This document shows positions 11,831 through 25,339 of a stretch of DNA of 64,000 nt, piece by piece. Each line of letters opens with the position of its first letter. Within the stretch, counting starts at the first letter, position 1. Under the pieces are notes generated by a model. That model was not told the origin of the DNA. It saw only the letters and a list, made by a program, of their open reading frames with translations, and made no database searches. The position numbers and the translations under genes were made by a program. Source of the stretch: Eledone cirrhosa (Eukaryota); assembly GCA_964016885.1 (NCBI GenBank), contig OZ024743.1, forward strand, positions 153,016,001 through 153,080,000, given 5' to 3'.

Positions 11831-13971
11831 GAGGAGCGGTGGCGCTGCTGAAAAAGGATTCGAACAAGGGGATAACATGGATAATTTCAGGCCCATAACT
11901 GTTCTAAACACAGAGGTCAAGATTTTGGCCAAGGTGCTAGCAAAGAGGTTGGCGCTTGTCGTTGGTAGTCTGGTAGGAGAGGCGCAGACATGCACCATTC
12001 CCGACAGATCCATCCACGACAACCGCCACCTCATGCGATACATCGTGGAGCGGGTAGCTAGGGAACCTGGCACTATTGGGTCCTTGATCAATTTAGATCA
12101 GTCGGAGCTTTCGATAGGGTCGACCATCGTTATCTAGCGGCAGTCCTGAGGGCGGCTGGCTTTGGGCCCATCTTCAGAGGCTGGATCACAACCATGCACA
12201 GCGACATCTGCTCTGTGGTGAGAGTGAACGATCACCTTTCGGAACCGTTCAACATCATGCGCTCGGTCCGCCAAGGATGACCCCTCTCGTCACTCTTGTA
12301 CGTATTGACTCTCGAGCCATTACTGCACAAACTGGAGACATTGAGGGGGGTCCCGCGCGAACTAGGATGCGGAAGATCCGTGTCAGCATATGCGGACGAT
12401 GTCACCTTAGTGGTGTCGAACGGCAAACACATGGAGGCGATCGGCACTACACTAAGAGAATACGAAGCGGTGACACGTGCAATGATCAACCAGGAAAAGT
12501 CAGTGGGCCTGCAGCTCGGCACCTGGAGAGGCAGGTGCAAGCCATCCAACAGCGTCGTCGGACGGACCGGTTAAATTGCTACGGGTCTGGTTCGGTCCGG
12601 ATCTCCAGATGGACAAAAACTGGGACGAGGTGATGAGCAGGGTGGCTTGTCTCACCCAGAAATGGGCAGAGAGGAAGCTATCCCTGAAAGGTCGAGCGGA
12701 GGTGGCTAACCCGTACATCGCGTCCGTCATCTACTACCACCTGACCGTCGTACCTTGTCCGAAGCCCCGCCTGACTGCGCTGGAGCGTTTGCTCTTTCGC
12801 TTTTTGTGGAAGAGACGTGCTCCGATGGTCAGGCGGTCCATCTGCTGTCAACAACCGCTACATGGAGGGCTGGGCATGCCGTGGCTGATGATACGCAGAC
12901 ACGCGCACAGGCTACGACATCTCCACCTCTTCCTCGACGGTGATCAGGTGTGGTCGCCGTTTGCTAGACACGTCTTTCCCTCAGCTTGTCTCCTTGACAG
13001 AGCTGCAGTCCTGGGTCAAGCGAAGACCGAGAAGGAGCGCTTGGAGACTGGAATGTCTTCAGGCGCTCACAGCCCTCGACCAATCTGGCAATGCGTTCTA
13101 TAGCGGATTAGTGGAGGGGAAGCGCGACGATGTACTTGGGGAAACTCTAGGCGTCGACGAAAATCAACTAGCCAATCTCTTTGGAAGAACTTTCGGGCCG
13201 GGGCCTATAGACAACTTCCAGAAATCCCTGGCCTGGCAGTGCTACCGAGGAGCTTTGCCAGTTCAGGATAAACTCTACAGGCATGGAGGTGCCGTCAGCC
13301 GGGCATGTCCGAGATGCGCGCAGGGCGACGAAACCGTCCTGCACGCACTCGTCCAGTGTCCGAGCATTGCTGACTTGTGGGTTTATGTCGAACACCTGCT
13401 GTCACGTGTAGGACGGATCCAGCTATCAGCTGAGTCCATCGTGAGGATTGCCCCGCCCTCTTCCTTTAGCCGGGAAGGGCAGGCAGTTTTTATCTGTCTG
13501 GTGGCCATGGCGAAAGAGATAGTATGGTGGACACGTTTGAAAGGGCTGAAGACGAGCACTTACCTCTTCGGTGATGCCCTGATTAACTTTTTCAAATTTC
13601 ATTTGAAAAGGAAAATCAGGGTAGAGAGGGAAGTGGTCTCTTCTCAGCATTTTGTTGAAAGATGGGTGAGAGAGGCAAGAATGGCCCGAGTGAATGGGCC
13701 TACTCTGAGTATGTGTCTGTAAATTAAAGGTGGAAAACTGGGAGAGGGCACTTGCCCTGGTGGTCAGGGTCACTGTGGCTTTTTAATGGGTTTCTCCACG
13801 AATGTCCCTTGGAAGTCTCCCCCCTATAGGGGAATTTTTTCATTGTTCTATTATTACATCCTCTGTTTTTTGTTTTTTTACACGCAGAAATGCCCTTTTG
13901 TACCGTCCTGTATTGTCCTGTACTGTCCTTAATGTCTACTTTATGTAAACCCTTGTGGTTAATAAAGAAAA
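11831..13971 (+). mobile_element. 5'-truncated Tx1/L1-clade LINE (RT and C-terminal CCHC region, frameshifted)
   Basis: NFRPITVLN, YADD, KLSLKGRAEVAN, GGLGMP, CPRC-x-ETVLHALVQCP; 3' end AATAAAGAAA then (ATT)n; homologous to the copies at 18017 and 29617. Confidence 0.92.
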
Positions 13972-13986
13972 CATTATTATTATTAC

Positions 13987-14020
<34 letters not shown>

Positions 14021-14114
14021 TGAGTCTCAGTCATTGATGTTATTTAATTGGAAAATTTGTTGAAATGAATATCAAGCTGCTACCTGCAGCTTCAGATATT
14101 CAGGACGTATCGGA

Positions 14115-14392
14115 TTAACTTTGCCTTTCATCCTTACGGGGTCGATAAAATAAAGTACCAGTAATGCACTGGGTAATTGCTGGCCTTGTGCCTAAAGTAG
14201 AAACAATTATTATTATTATTATTATTATTGGTGGACGCCATGCTTTCCAGCATAGTTACGTCCCTTTACGATCTGAGTTCAAATCCCGCCTGGTTGACTT
14301 TGCCTTTCATCCTTACGGGGTCGATAAAATAAAGTACCAGTAATGCACTGGGTATTTGCTGGCCTTGTGCCTAAAGTAGAAACAATTATTAT
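14115..14392 (+). mobile_element. Two tandem 5'-truncated family A SINEs
   Basis: Two copies of TTTGCCTTTCATCCTTACGGGGTCGATAAAATAAAGTACCAG...GTAGAAACAATTATT, each ending in (ATT)n. Confidence 0.88.
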
Positions 14393-14624
14393 TATTATTA
14401 GCAGCAGTAGTTGTATGTTGTTGTTACTGCACAATTGAGTGCAGTTTAGTGCACCTCAGGAACATGCTGTGTTTCGTTTTCATAATTTTCTATTGTATAG
14501 CGATTGCTCTACATATATAAACAGTACTTGATGGTTTTATTCTCTGTATATTGTATATGTGTGTAATTTCTGAGGTTTCAGTTATACATTTGTCTCTATT
14601 TATTATTGTTATTACTGTAAATGT

Positions 14625-14815
14625 AAGGGCGGTGGATTGGCAGTATCGCTAGAGGGTCAGACGCCATGCTTTCCACCATAGTTACGTCCCTTTACGATCC
14701 GAGTTCAAATCCCGCCGAGGTTGACTTTGCCTTTCATCCTTACGGGGTTTATAAAATAAAGTACCAGTAATGCACTGGGTAATTGCTGGCCTTGTGCCTA
14801 AAGTAGAAACAATTA
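14625..14815 (+). mobile_element. Full-length tRNA-derived SINE (family A)
   Basis: A-box-like TGGCAGTATCG, B box GAGTTCAAATCC, central GCCTTTCATCCTTACGGGG block. Confidence 0.9.
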
Positions 14816-15339
14816 CTCTGAATGTACCAATTATTATGGGGATTCTTTTTTGTTTTCAATCCTCACATTCTCGTTACCTAAATTTTCAGATATTCATATT
14901 TGGATAGTTCATTCAATTCTTTCAGATGTTGCATCATCTTTTGGAATTGATGCACTGATTAGGAGAAATCTTAATTATTATTGTTGATTGCTAATCCAGC
15001 AATTCACAATAATAATTAAGAATTAGAAATATACCATAAGATATTTGTTCTCGCTCCTTATGTTCTGAATTCAAAATCCACTGCGTTTAGCTCTGCCCTT
15101 TATCGTTCCAGTGTTGAAAATTAATGAACTAGCCAAGGACTGGGGCTGATGTTATCAACTTATCCTGCTGCACCACACAAACAACACATGTCATAGCTTA
15201 GTAGCTGTTACCATCATATTACCTCTCATACTATTAGAAGTCCTCCTTCTTTTCCCCTATTCATCACCTTGTCAAGAGTAGAGAGGGTATGCAGATAACT
15301 AGTTAAGAGGAACAGATGTTGTAGTAGTTGTCATAGAAA

Positions 15340-15530
15340 TAATTGTTTCTACTTTAGGCACAAGGCCAGCAAATATCCAGTGCATTACTGGTACTTTATT
15401 TTATCGACCCCGTAAGGATGAAAGGCAAAGTCAACCTCGGCGGGATTTGAACTCAGATCGTAAAGGGACGTAACTATGCTGGAAAGCATGGCGTCCGACC
15501 CTCTACCGATACTGCCAATCCACCGCCCTT
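15340..15530 (-). mobile_element. Full-length family A SINE with 16-bp target-site duplication
   Basis: TTGTCATAGAAATAAT flanks both sides (about 15328-15343 and 15530-15545). Confidence 0.92.
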
Positions 15531-16174
15531 TGTCATAGAAATAATAGAACATCTTTGAGCTAGTAATTGCAACTTGTAGCTTAAATCTTCAAGAAACAAT
15601 TAAAAACAAAACAAAACACTTCTTAGATTTAGTCTGGGATATTTGTGTACATAGGACAGAAGCAAACATATTAGATTTGATGTCTGGGAACACCTACTGA
15701 CTAAACTCAAATATTGTTCACACCTTTCAAGATTGGCTAAGTTTCATTCAGATGTTAGGATAATTTAAAGAAACACTTACATATTGTTTGATTGAACAGC
15801 TCTGTGATTTAGAGCCACCGACTAGGACTATTAAAATTGATGATAATTTAAACTTTTGACAGTTTTAGAATAACACTAGACCACCCATGACCCGTTGGGT
15901 CATGTTCACTTTAAAATATTTTTTTAAAAATCGTGTTCACCTAAAAATAATTTTTAAATAATAAAAATATACACAGACATGTATATAATGTGAAATGAAA
16001 CTGGAAGGCCTATATATATACGTGAGTGTATGTATATATATATGTGTGTGTGTGTAAACATATACATATATATGTATGTGTGTGTATATATATATATATA
16101 TATATGTGGATGTCTGTGATCTACATGCACTGGTCATAAACACACACATATATATATATATATTCACACACACT

Positions 16175-16224
<50 letters not shown>

Positions 16225-16510
16225 ACAGCACCACTAGCTCTCTTCCATTTTCATTCTCTGTCTCCTCTCACAACCACTATCTCTTTCTCTCTATCATTTT
16301 CTCTCTTTGTTTACTTTGTTTATGAAGGCACCAGGAAAAACCCCATATGTCGGTAACCCGCGGTCCGATTTATGCGAAATTTGTTTTGTTCCATTTGTAT
16401 TCCCATTTCAGGGTCAACTTCCTTTCAAAGTATTTTCCCATTATGCGCCCTTTTGGCTGTATTACATTACAGATAAGCAAGCAAGCAAGCAATCACAGAC
16501 TTTTAGTATT

Positions 16511-16799
16511 ATAAAAAATGTATACACCATTCTAATATATATATTGCCTGTACAGGTAATCAAAGTGTGTATACATTTTTGCGGGACACCATATATATAT
16601 ATATATACCGGTGTCCCTAAAAATGTATACACCATTGTAATATATATATTGCCTGTACAGGTAATCAAAGTGTGTATACATTTTTCGGGGACACCATATA
16701 TATATATATATATACTGGGGTCCCTAAAAATGTATACACCATTCTAATATATATATTGCCTGTGCAGGTAATCAAAGTGTGTATACATTTTTAGGGGAC

Positions 16800-16836
<37 letters not shown>

Positions 16837-17796
16837 CTGCTAAAGGGTTCTCACTAAAAATGAAAGGCAGGTTGTACGATGCCTGCATACGAACAGCAAT
16901 GCTGCATGGCAGTGAGACCTGGGCATTGTGTGCAGAGGATATACGCAGACTAGAGAGGAACGAAGCTTGCATGCTCCGCTGGATGTGTAACAGTAATATA
17001 CGTGAACGGCAAAGCATAAACGAACTAAGGAATAAATTAGAGATAAGAGGGATCAGATGTTGTTTACTCGAGAGAAGGCTACGTTGGTATGGACACGTGA
17101 TGCGCATGAAAGTCGATAGCTGTATAACAAAGTGCAGGGCAATAAAGATAGACGGTAGTCACGGAATAGGCAGACCTAGAAAAACCTGGGACGAGCTGAT
17201 AAACTCCGACATCACACACTTACACCTCTCCAAGACAATGTCACTGGACCGAGACCTTTGGCGGTACTCAGTAACAGAGAAGACCCGCCTTACCTAAATA
17301 TATAGTAAAACCTACTCCAGCCAGTAGGCATCTCTAACAAATACACCCCGTCCCACCACCCCCACCCGATCCACACCACCCCGTTCTATGTAAAGTTATG
17401 TTGGTGCCGCGCCATCGAGGCCGAAACAAATGAGATCGTGTAGGTGTCACGACAAAAAAACACACAGTCCACGCTGTAATGTGGCCGTGTAGGCAACACG
17501 GTAAAAACCTCCCAGACCCACACTGTAAATGTGGTTGGTGTTAGGAAGGGCATCCAACTGTAGAAAACCTGCCAGACAGTCCTATGCGAGCAAGACAATC
17601 ACTCTTGCCTCAAGTGGGACTACCCCCGTCCAAACCCATGCAAGCGTGGAACACGGACGTTAAACGTTGATGATGATGATGATGATGATATATATATATA
17701 TATATATATACCGGGGTCCCTAAAAATGTATACACCATTCTAATATATATATTGCCTGTGCAGGTAATCAAAGTGGGTATACATTTTTCGGGGACA

Positions 17797-17829
<33 letters not shown>

Positions 17830-17921
17830 GGGCTCCCTAAAAATGTTTACACCATTCTAATATATATATTGCATGTATAGGCAATCAAAGTGGGTATACA
17901 ATTTTTGGGGGACAACCTGTA
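16511..17921. mobile_element. Tandem array of ~90-bp Tc1/mariner-type MITE-like units separated by (TA)n
   Basis: Units GGTGTCCCTAAAAATGTATACAC...GTGTATACATTTTTCGGGGACACC at about 16511 (partial), 16607, 16714, 17711, 17828; each has terminal inverted repeats and TA flanks. Confidence 0.75.
16835..17690 (+). mobile_element. 5'-truncated RTE LINE inserted in a (TA)n tract
   Basis: KGRLYDACIRTAMLHGSETW, RRLRWYGHVMRM, GRPRKTW; 3' UTR and (GAT)n tail; same family as 55973-59135. Confidence 0.92.
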
Positions 17922-18233
17922 TATACACAAATATGAACATATATATATAGAGAAAGTGTGTGCAAGCAAGCAAGCAAGCAATTAAGATCAGAGTTTTTGT
18001 AGTATATAGATAGATATATTTCTTTATTTACCATAAAGGCATAAAAAGAAGGGACAAATACAAAGGGGGAGTTTACATACAATCGAGTAAAAAGGGTATA
18101 AAATGAAAATAATCGAAAACAACCTCAAAAGGGAGGGGACGTGATGGGGGTTGCACACACCCCCGAAAAAGTGTGCAATCCTTTGCCCGGGGAGCACATG
18201 GAGAAGGTGCTCCCTTCTCCTTCACTTCTTTAC

Positions 18234-21200
18234 CTACAGGATGGTATACAGAGAAGGCCCATTTACACGAGCCATTCTCGCCACTATCACCCACCTTTCA
18301 TAAAACTGGCTGTGGCCAAGCACCTCTCTCTCCATTCTTATCCTTCTTCCGAAGTGATATCGAAAGAAGTAGACCAGACTATGGCCAGAGAGGAAGTTGC
18401 CTGACCTCAGACCTTTCAATCGTGTCCACCAAACAACCACTTTCAACATGGCTATTACGCACAGAAAAACCGCCTTTGCTTCCTTTGTGAAGAGGGGAGG
18501 CGGTTTGATTGTCATCACGGACTCGGCGGTCAATCGAATCGGCGCCACCCGCGACAGCAGTCGTTCGGCGTAGCCCCACAGATCAGCCACACCCGGACAT
18601 TGCACCAATGCGTGCGCAACGGTTTCTTCGTGACGCACGCATCTAGGGCAAATCTTTTTCGAGGAATCCCTGCCCGGGCGCCCGTGTCTGTAGAGCCTCT
18701 CTCGAACGGGTAGAACCCCCCGGTAGCACTGCCAGGCTAGTGACTTCTGGAAGTTGTCCATTGGTCCCGGGCCGAAAGTCCTACCGAACAGGCTGGCCAG
18801 TTCGTCCTCTTCCATGTCCAGCGACTCTCCAAGGGTGTCATCGCCCCTGCTATCCACCAGCCCTCTATAGAATGATGAGGTGGATTCTCCACCGATGGCC
18901 TGGCCCGCTTGCCAGAGAGCCCTGAGCGCCTGAGCACACTCAGTGTGCCAGTCTCCCAGTTTTCCGGATCTTTGCTTGACCCAGGACTGCAGCTCGGTGA
19001 GCGAGACGAGTCTCGGAAAGGCTCGTTTCACGAACGGAGCCCACACCGGTTGACCAGTGAGGAATACCTGTAGGTGCCGTAGCCTTAATGCGTGCCTACT
19101 CATCATCAACCACGGCATCCTCAGCCCTCCTTTCGAAGGTTGTTGGCAGCAGATAGATCTTCTCACCATAGGAGGGCGCTTCTTCCAAAGAAATTGGAAG
19201 AGCATGCGTTCCATGGTGGTGAGTGTTTCCTTAGAGCAAGGCACGACAGTCAGGCGGTAGTAATAGACGGACGCCATGTAAATGTTCGCCACCTCCGCCC
19301 GGCCTTTTAGGGACAGCTTACACTTGGCCATTTCTGGGTTAGTGCAAACACCTTGTTCGTAACCTCGTCCCAGTTCTTTTTCACCTGGAGGTCCGGTCCA
19401 AACCAGACCCCAAGAAACTTTACCGGGCCCTCCGTCCAGTGTCCGACGACACCGTCGGGAGGCACCGGTCTGCCTCTCCACGTTCCGAGTTGCAGCCCGA
19501 TGGATTTTTCCCGGTTCAGTTTCGCTCCTGACAACCTTTCGTAATCCTCCAGTAAGGTACCGATCGCCTCGATCTCCGAGTCGGTCGATACCATTACTGT
19601 TACGTCATCGGCGTAGGCCGACACCACTTTGCTCAATCCTGGTTCCAGGGGGATACCCTGCAACAACTCCAACTTCCTCAGTAGAGGCTCGAGAGTCAAT
19701 ACGTACAGAAGGGAGGAGAGAGGGCACCCCTGTCGAATGGATCGTGTGATTTCGAACGGCTTCGAAAGGTAGCGGTTCACCTTGATCCTGGAACAGATGT
19801 GGTTGCTATGTAAGGCAGTGATCCAGCCTCTGAAAACAGGACCGAACCCAGCCGCCGCTAGCACCGCATCCAGGTAACCATGGTCGACCCTATCGAAGGC
19901 CTTAGACTAATCCAAGTTGATCAGGGCCCCACCGAAGCCGGGTTTGTTGCCAACCCTCTCTATGATGTATCGCATGAGGTGGAGGTTATCGTGAATGGAT
20001 CTGGATGGGATAGCACATGTCTGCGCATCTCCCACCAGGCTACCCACGACAAGCGCCAACCTCTTTGCTAACACCTTGGCCAAAATCTTTAACTCTGTGT
20101 TTAGCAGGGTTATGGGCCGAAAATTATTTATACTATCCCCCTTGTTCTCGTCCTTCCTCACCAGCGAGACTACGCCCTTGGCTATAGAACAAGGAATTCT
20201 CCCGTTCTGCTGCCAATTGCAGTAGACCGCTTCGAGGAGTTCGGAGAAGAAGACCGGCATTGCTAAATAAAGTTCGTAAGGTATACCATCGAGACCTGGA
20301 GATTTGCGTCTGCTGCATTGGCTCAGCGCATCCCCGATCTCATCAGCCGAGATTGGTCCCTCGCAGGACTCTTCCTCTTCGCTCGAGAGGCGCGGCAGGC
20401 CGTCGAGGTATGGACCGAAATCCACGTCCCCGCCCGGACCCTCGCCTCCTCCGAATAATCGGGCAAAGTGCCTTTGAAAGGCCTCGCACATCTGCTTAGG
20501 CTCCCGGATCACCCGTCCATCCTCCTCTTGCAACGACCGGATGGTGGATCGATTTCCACTCTTAGCTTCTGTCACGCGGGCCCAGCCAACGGCTTTGGCC
20601 CCCTCATTACCTAGAGCACGTATTTTACTTCGAATGACGCAGCCTTCGTGCTTTGCATCGAAAAACTGATTCAAGGCCGTCCTCGATGCCAGTACTCTGG
20701 CCACATCTTCGCTCTTGATTGCCTCTTCTAATTTACCTGTTAATTCTTTCTCGTTTCTATTCCTATCGGCAGCTAACATCTTGCTATAACTTATTGATTC
20801 TGTTCTAATCTCTCTTTTGAGAGATGCCCACCATCGGTTGTTGACGATTGCACCCGTCAACCCCTCCTTAACTAATCTGCTAATCCGATTTCTGTAAGTC
20901 TCTTTTGCCGGTAAAGACAAATTAAGTTTCCAGTAACCGGGACCCTGTTTATGTGTTTTCTCGAGATTGACCACGCAGGTCACTAATTTGTGATTCGTAT
21001 AGACAACCGTGAGCATTTCTGGACAGCTTAATATTTCCCTATCCTTACTTCTAACTAAGAATCTATCTAAGTACGATCTAAATTGACCACTGTGGTTCGT
21101 CCAAGCCCAGGTAGGCACAGTTGGAAAATCTAGTCGATATCTATCGACCAAGTTAAAACGGTCGAGTAACCCCTTGAGTCTGTTACACCCCCCTCTATTA

Positions 21201-21670
21201 GGACATGCTCCTGCATAGTCCCAACGTGCATCTAGGATGTCATTCCAATCCCCCGCCAGAAGCAGGGAACGCGACGTTCCCAGAAAAGTCTCCAGACGCT
21301 GGAAGAAGTCGGGCCGTTCAGCTCCGAAAGGGGAGTAGACGGCGACCAGTCTCAAGGCCGCACCTTCACTACTGCCAACGTCTAGCACCAACAAACGACC
21401 CTCCGGGTCCGAGTGAACAACCTGTACGGCAAGACCCAGGTGTTTTTGCAGCAGTACAACAACCACACCCCCACCTCCAGGTTGACAGAGAGATGCATGC
21501 ACCTCAAAGTCATCGAAGGTAGGGGCCAGCTGCCGCACGATGCTGATCCGAGTCTCACAGATAACCATTACATTTATACCACATGACCTGAGGTCATTTA
21601 GAAGCTTTGCTTGCTTCCAAGTTGAGCCCAGGCCACGTGCATTCAAACATCCTACTCTTAACACATCCAT
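18234..21670 (-). pseudogene. LINE ORF2: APE endonuclease, reverse transcriptase, C-terminal CCHC; interrupted by a stop at 19907 and frameshifts
   Basis: CLNARGL, AGDWN, SYLDRFL, NHKLV, SPGLDG, NFRPITLLN, RQGCPLS, YADD, CPRC..ETVAHALVQCP across three ORF pieces. Confidence 0.93.
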
Positions 21671-21703
21671 GTGGGCGGCAAAGCCAAAGGAGAGTGTAGA
21701 GAC

Positions 21704-23403
21704 CTACCTTTCTGCTTCCCGGGTTTCGGGTCGCACGACTTCCATGGGGTCGGGGGTGTTGGGTGAAGGGGTGTCTTGTGGTGGTGTGGGGTCGTCAGTG
21801 TGTGGTGGGGTTGGGGTGTTTGGAGTTGTGTTGGGGGGGGGGGGGGAGCTTTTTAGTAGGACGCGGTTTATGGGTTTGACAGAGGGTGATCCTACGTCCT
21901 CCTTAAAATCCTTTTTTTAGTTTTTTGTAGAGGTTCATTGGGATCTTTATTAATTTTAAATGTGGGTAGTTTTCTGAAGAAACAAAGTTTACACCTTCGG
22001 TTTGTACCGAAGGATTATTGTTTATGAGTTCATTTAATTTATTGTTGTTTCTGTTGATGTAAGTATAGTGTAATGTCTTTTTTTCGGATGGTGTGAGTGT
22101 TTCGAAGAGGGGAGGGGCAGGTTTGGTTTTGTTTGTTGCTGGAGGGGTGTTTTGTGTTTTGTTGGATTGTGTTGACATTTGGGTGGGGGTTGTTTGGCCT
22201 TGTGTGTTTTGCACATGTTTTCTTTTTTTCCTTTTAATCTGTCTGAAGGACTCCGTTTCTTCCTCCGAATTCGTTGGGTTATCTTCAGTGTTGGAGGGAA
22301 GAGGTATGTTTGCTGGTAATGTTTCCGTGTTGGTTTTCTTTGTGGGGGAGATGGATGTCACTATGTTAGACTGTGTTATGTGTTGTGGCTGCGGTGGTTG
22401 TGTTGTTTTATTGAGTGAGGGGTTGGGTGGGCCTGTATTTTGTTTTGGGGTAATGTGTTGTGACTGTTTGTGTTGTGGTGGTGGTGTAGTTTTACTGAGG
22501 GACGGGTTGGGTAGGACTGAGTTTTGTTGTTTGTTTATCTGCTGTGGTGGTGGTGGTGGTGGAGCTGGTGTTGGTAGCAGGGTTTTCTTTTTGTTGAGTT
22601 GGGGACAAGCCGCCTTCAGGTGCCCTCTGCCTGCACAGATATGACAGGACGGCCTTCTCCCCTCCATGCTAATGTTTATATACCCGTGGCCCTCTAATAG
22701 GATTCTGTCGGGTATTTGGGCGATGCGTTCAGGCTTCATTTGCACTACAAGTTCTATACCTGTTCCACTGAATGCATTGCCTGTGGTTTTCCCAATGGAA
22801 ATCACGTTGTCATTCGCTGGATCGATGAAGCCAGCTATGAGCCAGCAGTAGTCCACATCTGGCATCATTGCATCCAGCCATATGCGTTGAGTTCTTTTAC
22901 CCATATAAGATGGATAAAAGGTAAAATTTTTCGAACGATTCGGTGACAAAGCACATTTTTTTGCCGCCGATTCGTTCTTCATAATAATCGCTAGGCTTCC
23001 ATACAGTCTGTCTTTTCTTATGAAAGTGGTTTCATTAAGTACTTCTGTAAGTACTGTTTTGATTTCTGTTTGAGTTGGCTGTTCAGGTTTTTTAGAAATG
23101 TTGTTGATGGTGCGGAAAACGACCGTTCGACTTTCAATGTCTTTGGTGAGTTCTTGAGGCATTTTTTACCGATAAAATACCATTTTCTCCTTCAGTTATG
23201 TATTGTTTGGCGTCTGTAATTCTTTGTGCCACATCTGAAATATTTTCAGGTATATATGTTAAAGATTTCTTTGTTGTTTGTGCAAATGAAATATTATTGG
23301 TGTTGACTTTGTCGTCTGCTTTGCTTTCTGTTATGATGTTGTTTTCAAATGTTATTTTTGTGTTTGTCGTGTCTTTGTTTGTGGTCTTAATATTGTCATG
23401 CAA
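21704..23403 (-). pseudogene. LINE ORF1 (gag-like zinc knuckle protein), two apparent frameshifts in homopolymer runs
   Basis: CHICAGRGHLKAAC knuckle, P/Q/T-rich linker, KRKKRK; pieces 23403-23134, 23162-21903 and about 21905-21704 align with ORF1 pieces of the 29617 copy (ISFAQT, DAKQY, VKPxNRVLLKS, PME.VRP). Confidence 0.88.
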
Positions 23404-23853
23404 TTTTTCAAATTTCTTTTTTTCGTTGCTGGAATCAATGTCCAGATTTGTGTTTTCGTCATTTTTCTCCGCAGATTCGTCTGTTTTTATTTTATTTTTT
23501 CTTTCCTTCTCTATGACGTTAGTTGGGAAGGAAGGGGGGGACTAAAGCGTGCGAGCTTACAACTCTTACCGCTGTCCCCCCACCACTATTTTCGTTAGCT
23601 TCGTTTAACATTTCTGTCAGACGATTGAAATTTTTTATGCCACAAAATTTTTAAAAACAGGTTTTTCACCCCTAGGAGGGGTAAATATGAGCTGACCCAC
23701 CGCCTGACAGTTCAGACGGGGGGTCAAGCTACACAATAGTATCAAAATTAAAATTGAACTTACAAAATTTCCGCAATAAATTTGAACAAAACTTCTACGC
23801 GAAGTGGATTACATCTACGCTGTAGAACAGACTACAGCTAGTATTAGTAGTAT

Positions 23854-23854
<1 letters not shown>

Positions 23855-23910
<56 letters not shown>
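23855..23910. repeat. (GATA)n microsatellite
   Basis: Direct reading. Confidence 0.98.
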
Positions 23911-25339
23911 GGAGACATAAAGAAATGATTGTCATCTTAAAATTATCTATTTTAATACACACTCACACACACATATATATATAACTCAAGCCCATCAGGT
24001 GAATTTGAATATAATTATTCTGGCCAGTATGTTATAGACAAAATGTGTATGGAAAGCATTGCAACCATTTGCTTATGGGTAATTTCACAGGTTTGGTCAC
24101 CTTTTAATTTTGGAAATATAGACTGATGTATGGTAGCATGGTATATGAATATGATTATTATTATTGATTATTTTCTATTTATCATGTTCAAATAAACAGC
24201 CTATACTGTTATTTTTGTTGTTGCTTAGCTCTAGGTCAGTCCTGATCAAGCAAACCTCAATGACATTCCCAATAACCAGCCCATTTTTGGGGATATCAGA
24301 AACAACCTTGTCCAATTTTTTTTTCTTCTATTTATGATAGTAAGTTGTGATTTTAAAGGGATTTTGAAGCTATCTTTAACATTTTGCATGACCATGTAAA
24401 TGCTCCTTCTCATGTCTAGGTCAAGCAGGAAGGGGAAAGATCAGATCTCATGGTGCTGGGCCTCATATATGAGTGGATAAAAGTGGTAAAATATTGTAGA
24501 TTTATTGGAAAGGTAGATTCTAAAACATTAATGATGATAAATAAGATGAGAATGAGAAGTTTGTGGGTGTCTATACAAATGTTCATTCTTCTGTGCCTTA
24601 TGTTTATGTGGCTATTTTATTTCTTCAATTTTCTTCAATGTTCTATGTGCCAATCATCAACTTCCTGTGGAAGAATAGATGTTGGCTATAATTAATTATA
24701 AAGCACACTTCAGAAATATTTTGCACTTTTCAATCGTTATAGGATAGTGAGGGTGTTCTAATAGCTGTCATTTTTGTTTTAGAAAACTGGAAGGAACCAA
24801 CATTCTTATACACACATACTCACACGTTTAAAATGACTTTTAGTTATGTATTCCCAAACCACCGATTTCGCTTCACAAGCACACATATAATATACAAATA
24901 CACACATACACACTTTGTCCATATGATCACATGTGAGTGGGTATTTATGAGTTTCCCTGTAATTTAAGCAAATTCAGGGAATATATGCATTTATCAATTT
25001 AGAAAATATAATTGACACCACCTCACATTCTGAAGTTTGTTTCAAAAGAGGTTTTATATAATTTCCAATCAATGTTGTAGAGTTAGATTACCAAAAGCAA
25101 ACTTAAACTAATTGCTCTTTGAAACTTTATTCCCATCTATCTCATCTTAATAATGACATTTCAGATAATGTCACAGAACAGAATAACAAAGAAGTAATAT
25201 TAAAAGCTACACAAAACCCAGTACAAATCTAAACCTGAGCAAAGAAAATTTACTTTTGGCACAACTGTATAAGTAAGAAGATTGCTTTCTGACCATATGG
25301 TTCAGGGTATACTTCCAGTGTGCAGCAATATCTTGCACA

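Larger units (their letters stand above)
15876..18010 (-). mobile_element. Non-autonomous Helitron-like element containing nested insertions
   Basis: Minus-strand 3' end is hairpin CATGACCC-AAC-GGGTCATG then GGTGGT-CTAG|T; 5' end A|TCTATATACTACAAAA followed by (TTGC)n; a second 5'-like segment with (TTGC)n lies near 16475-16512. Confidence 0.6.
18017..23846 (-). mobile_element. Full-length (~5.8 kb) Tx1/L1-clade LINE with 18-bp target-site duplication
   Basis: ORF1 plus ORF2; GTAGTATATAGATAGATA at 17999-18016 and 23847-23864; 3' end AATAAAGAAA. Confidence 0.95.

Noticed and set aside
22093-22644. Hydrophobic Cys/Gly/Val-rich ORF (also 33576-34070)
   Set aside because: Antisense shadow of the low-complexity ORF1 linker of the LINE
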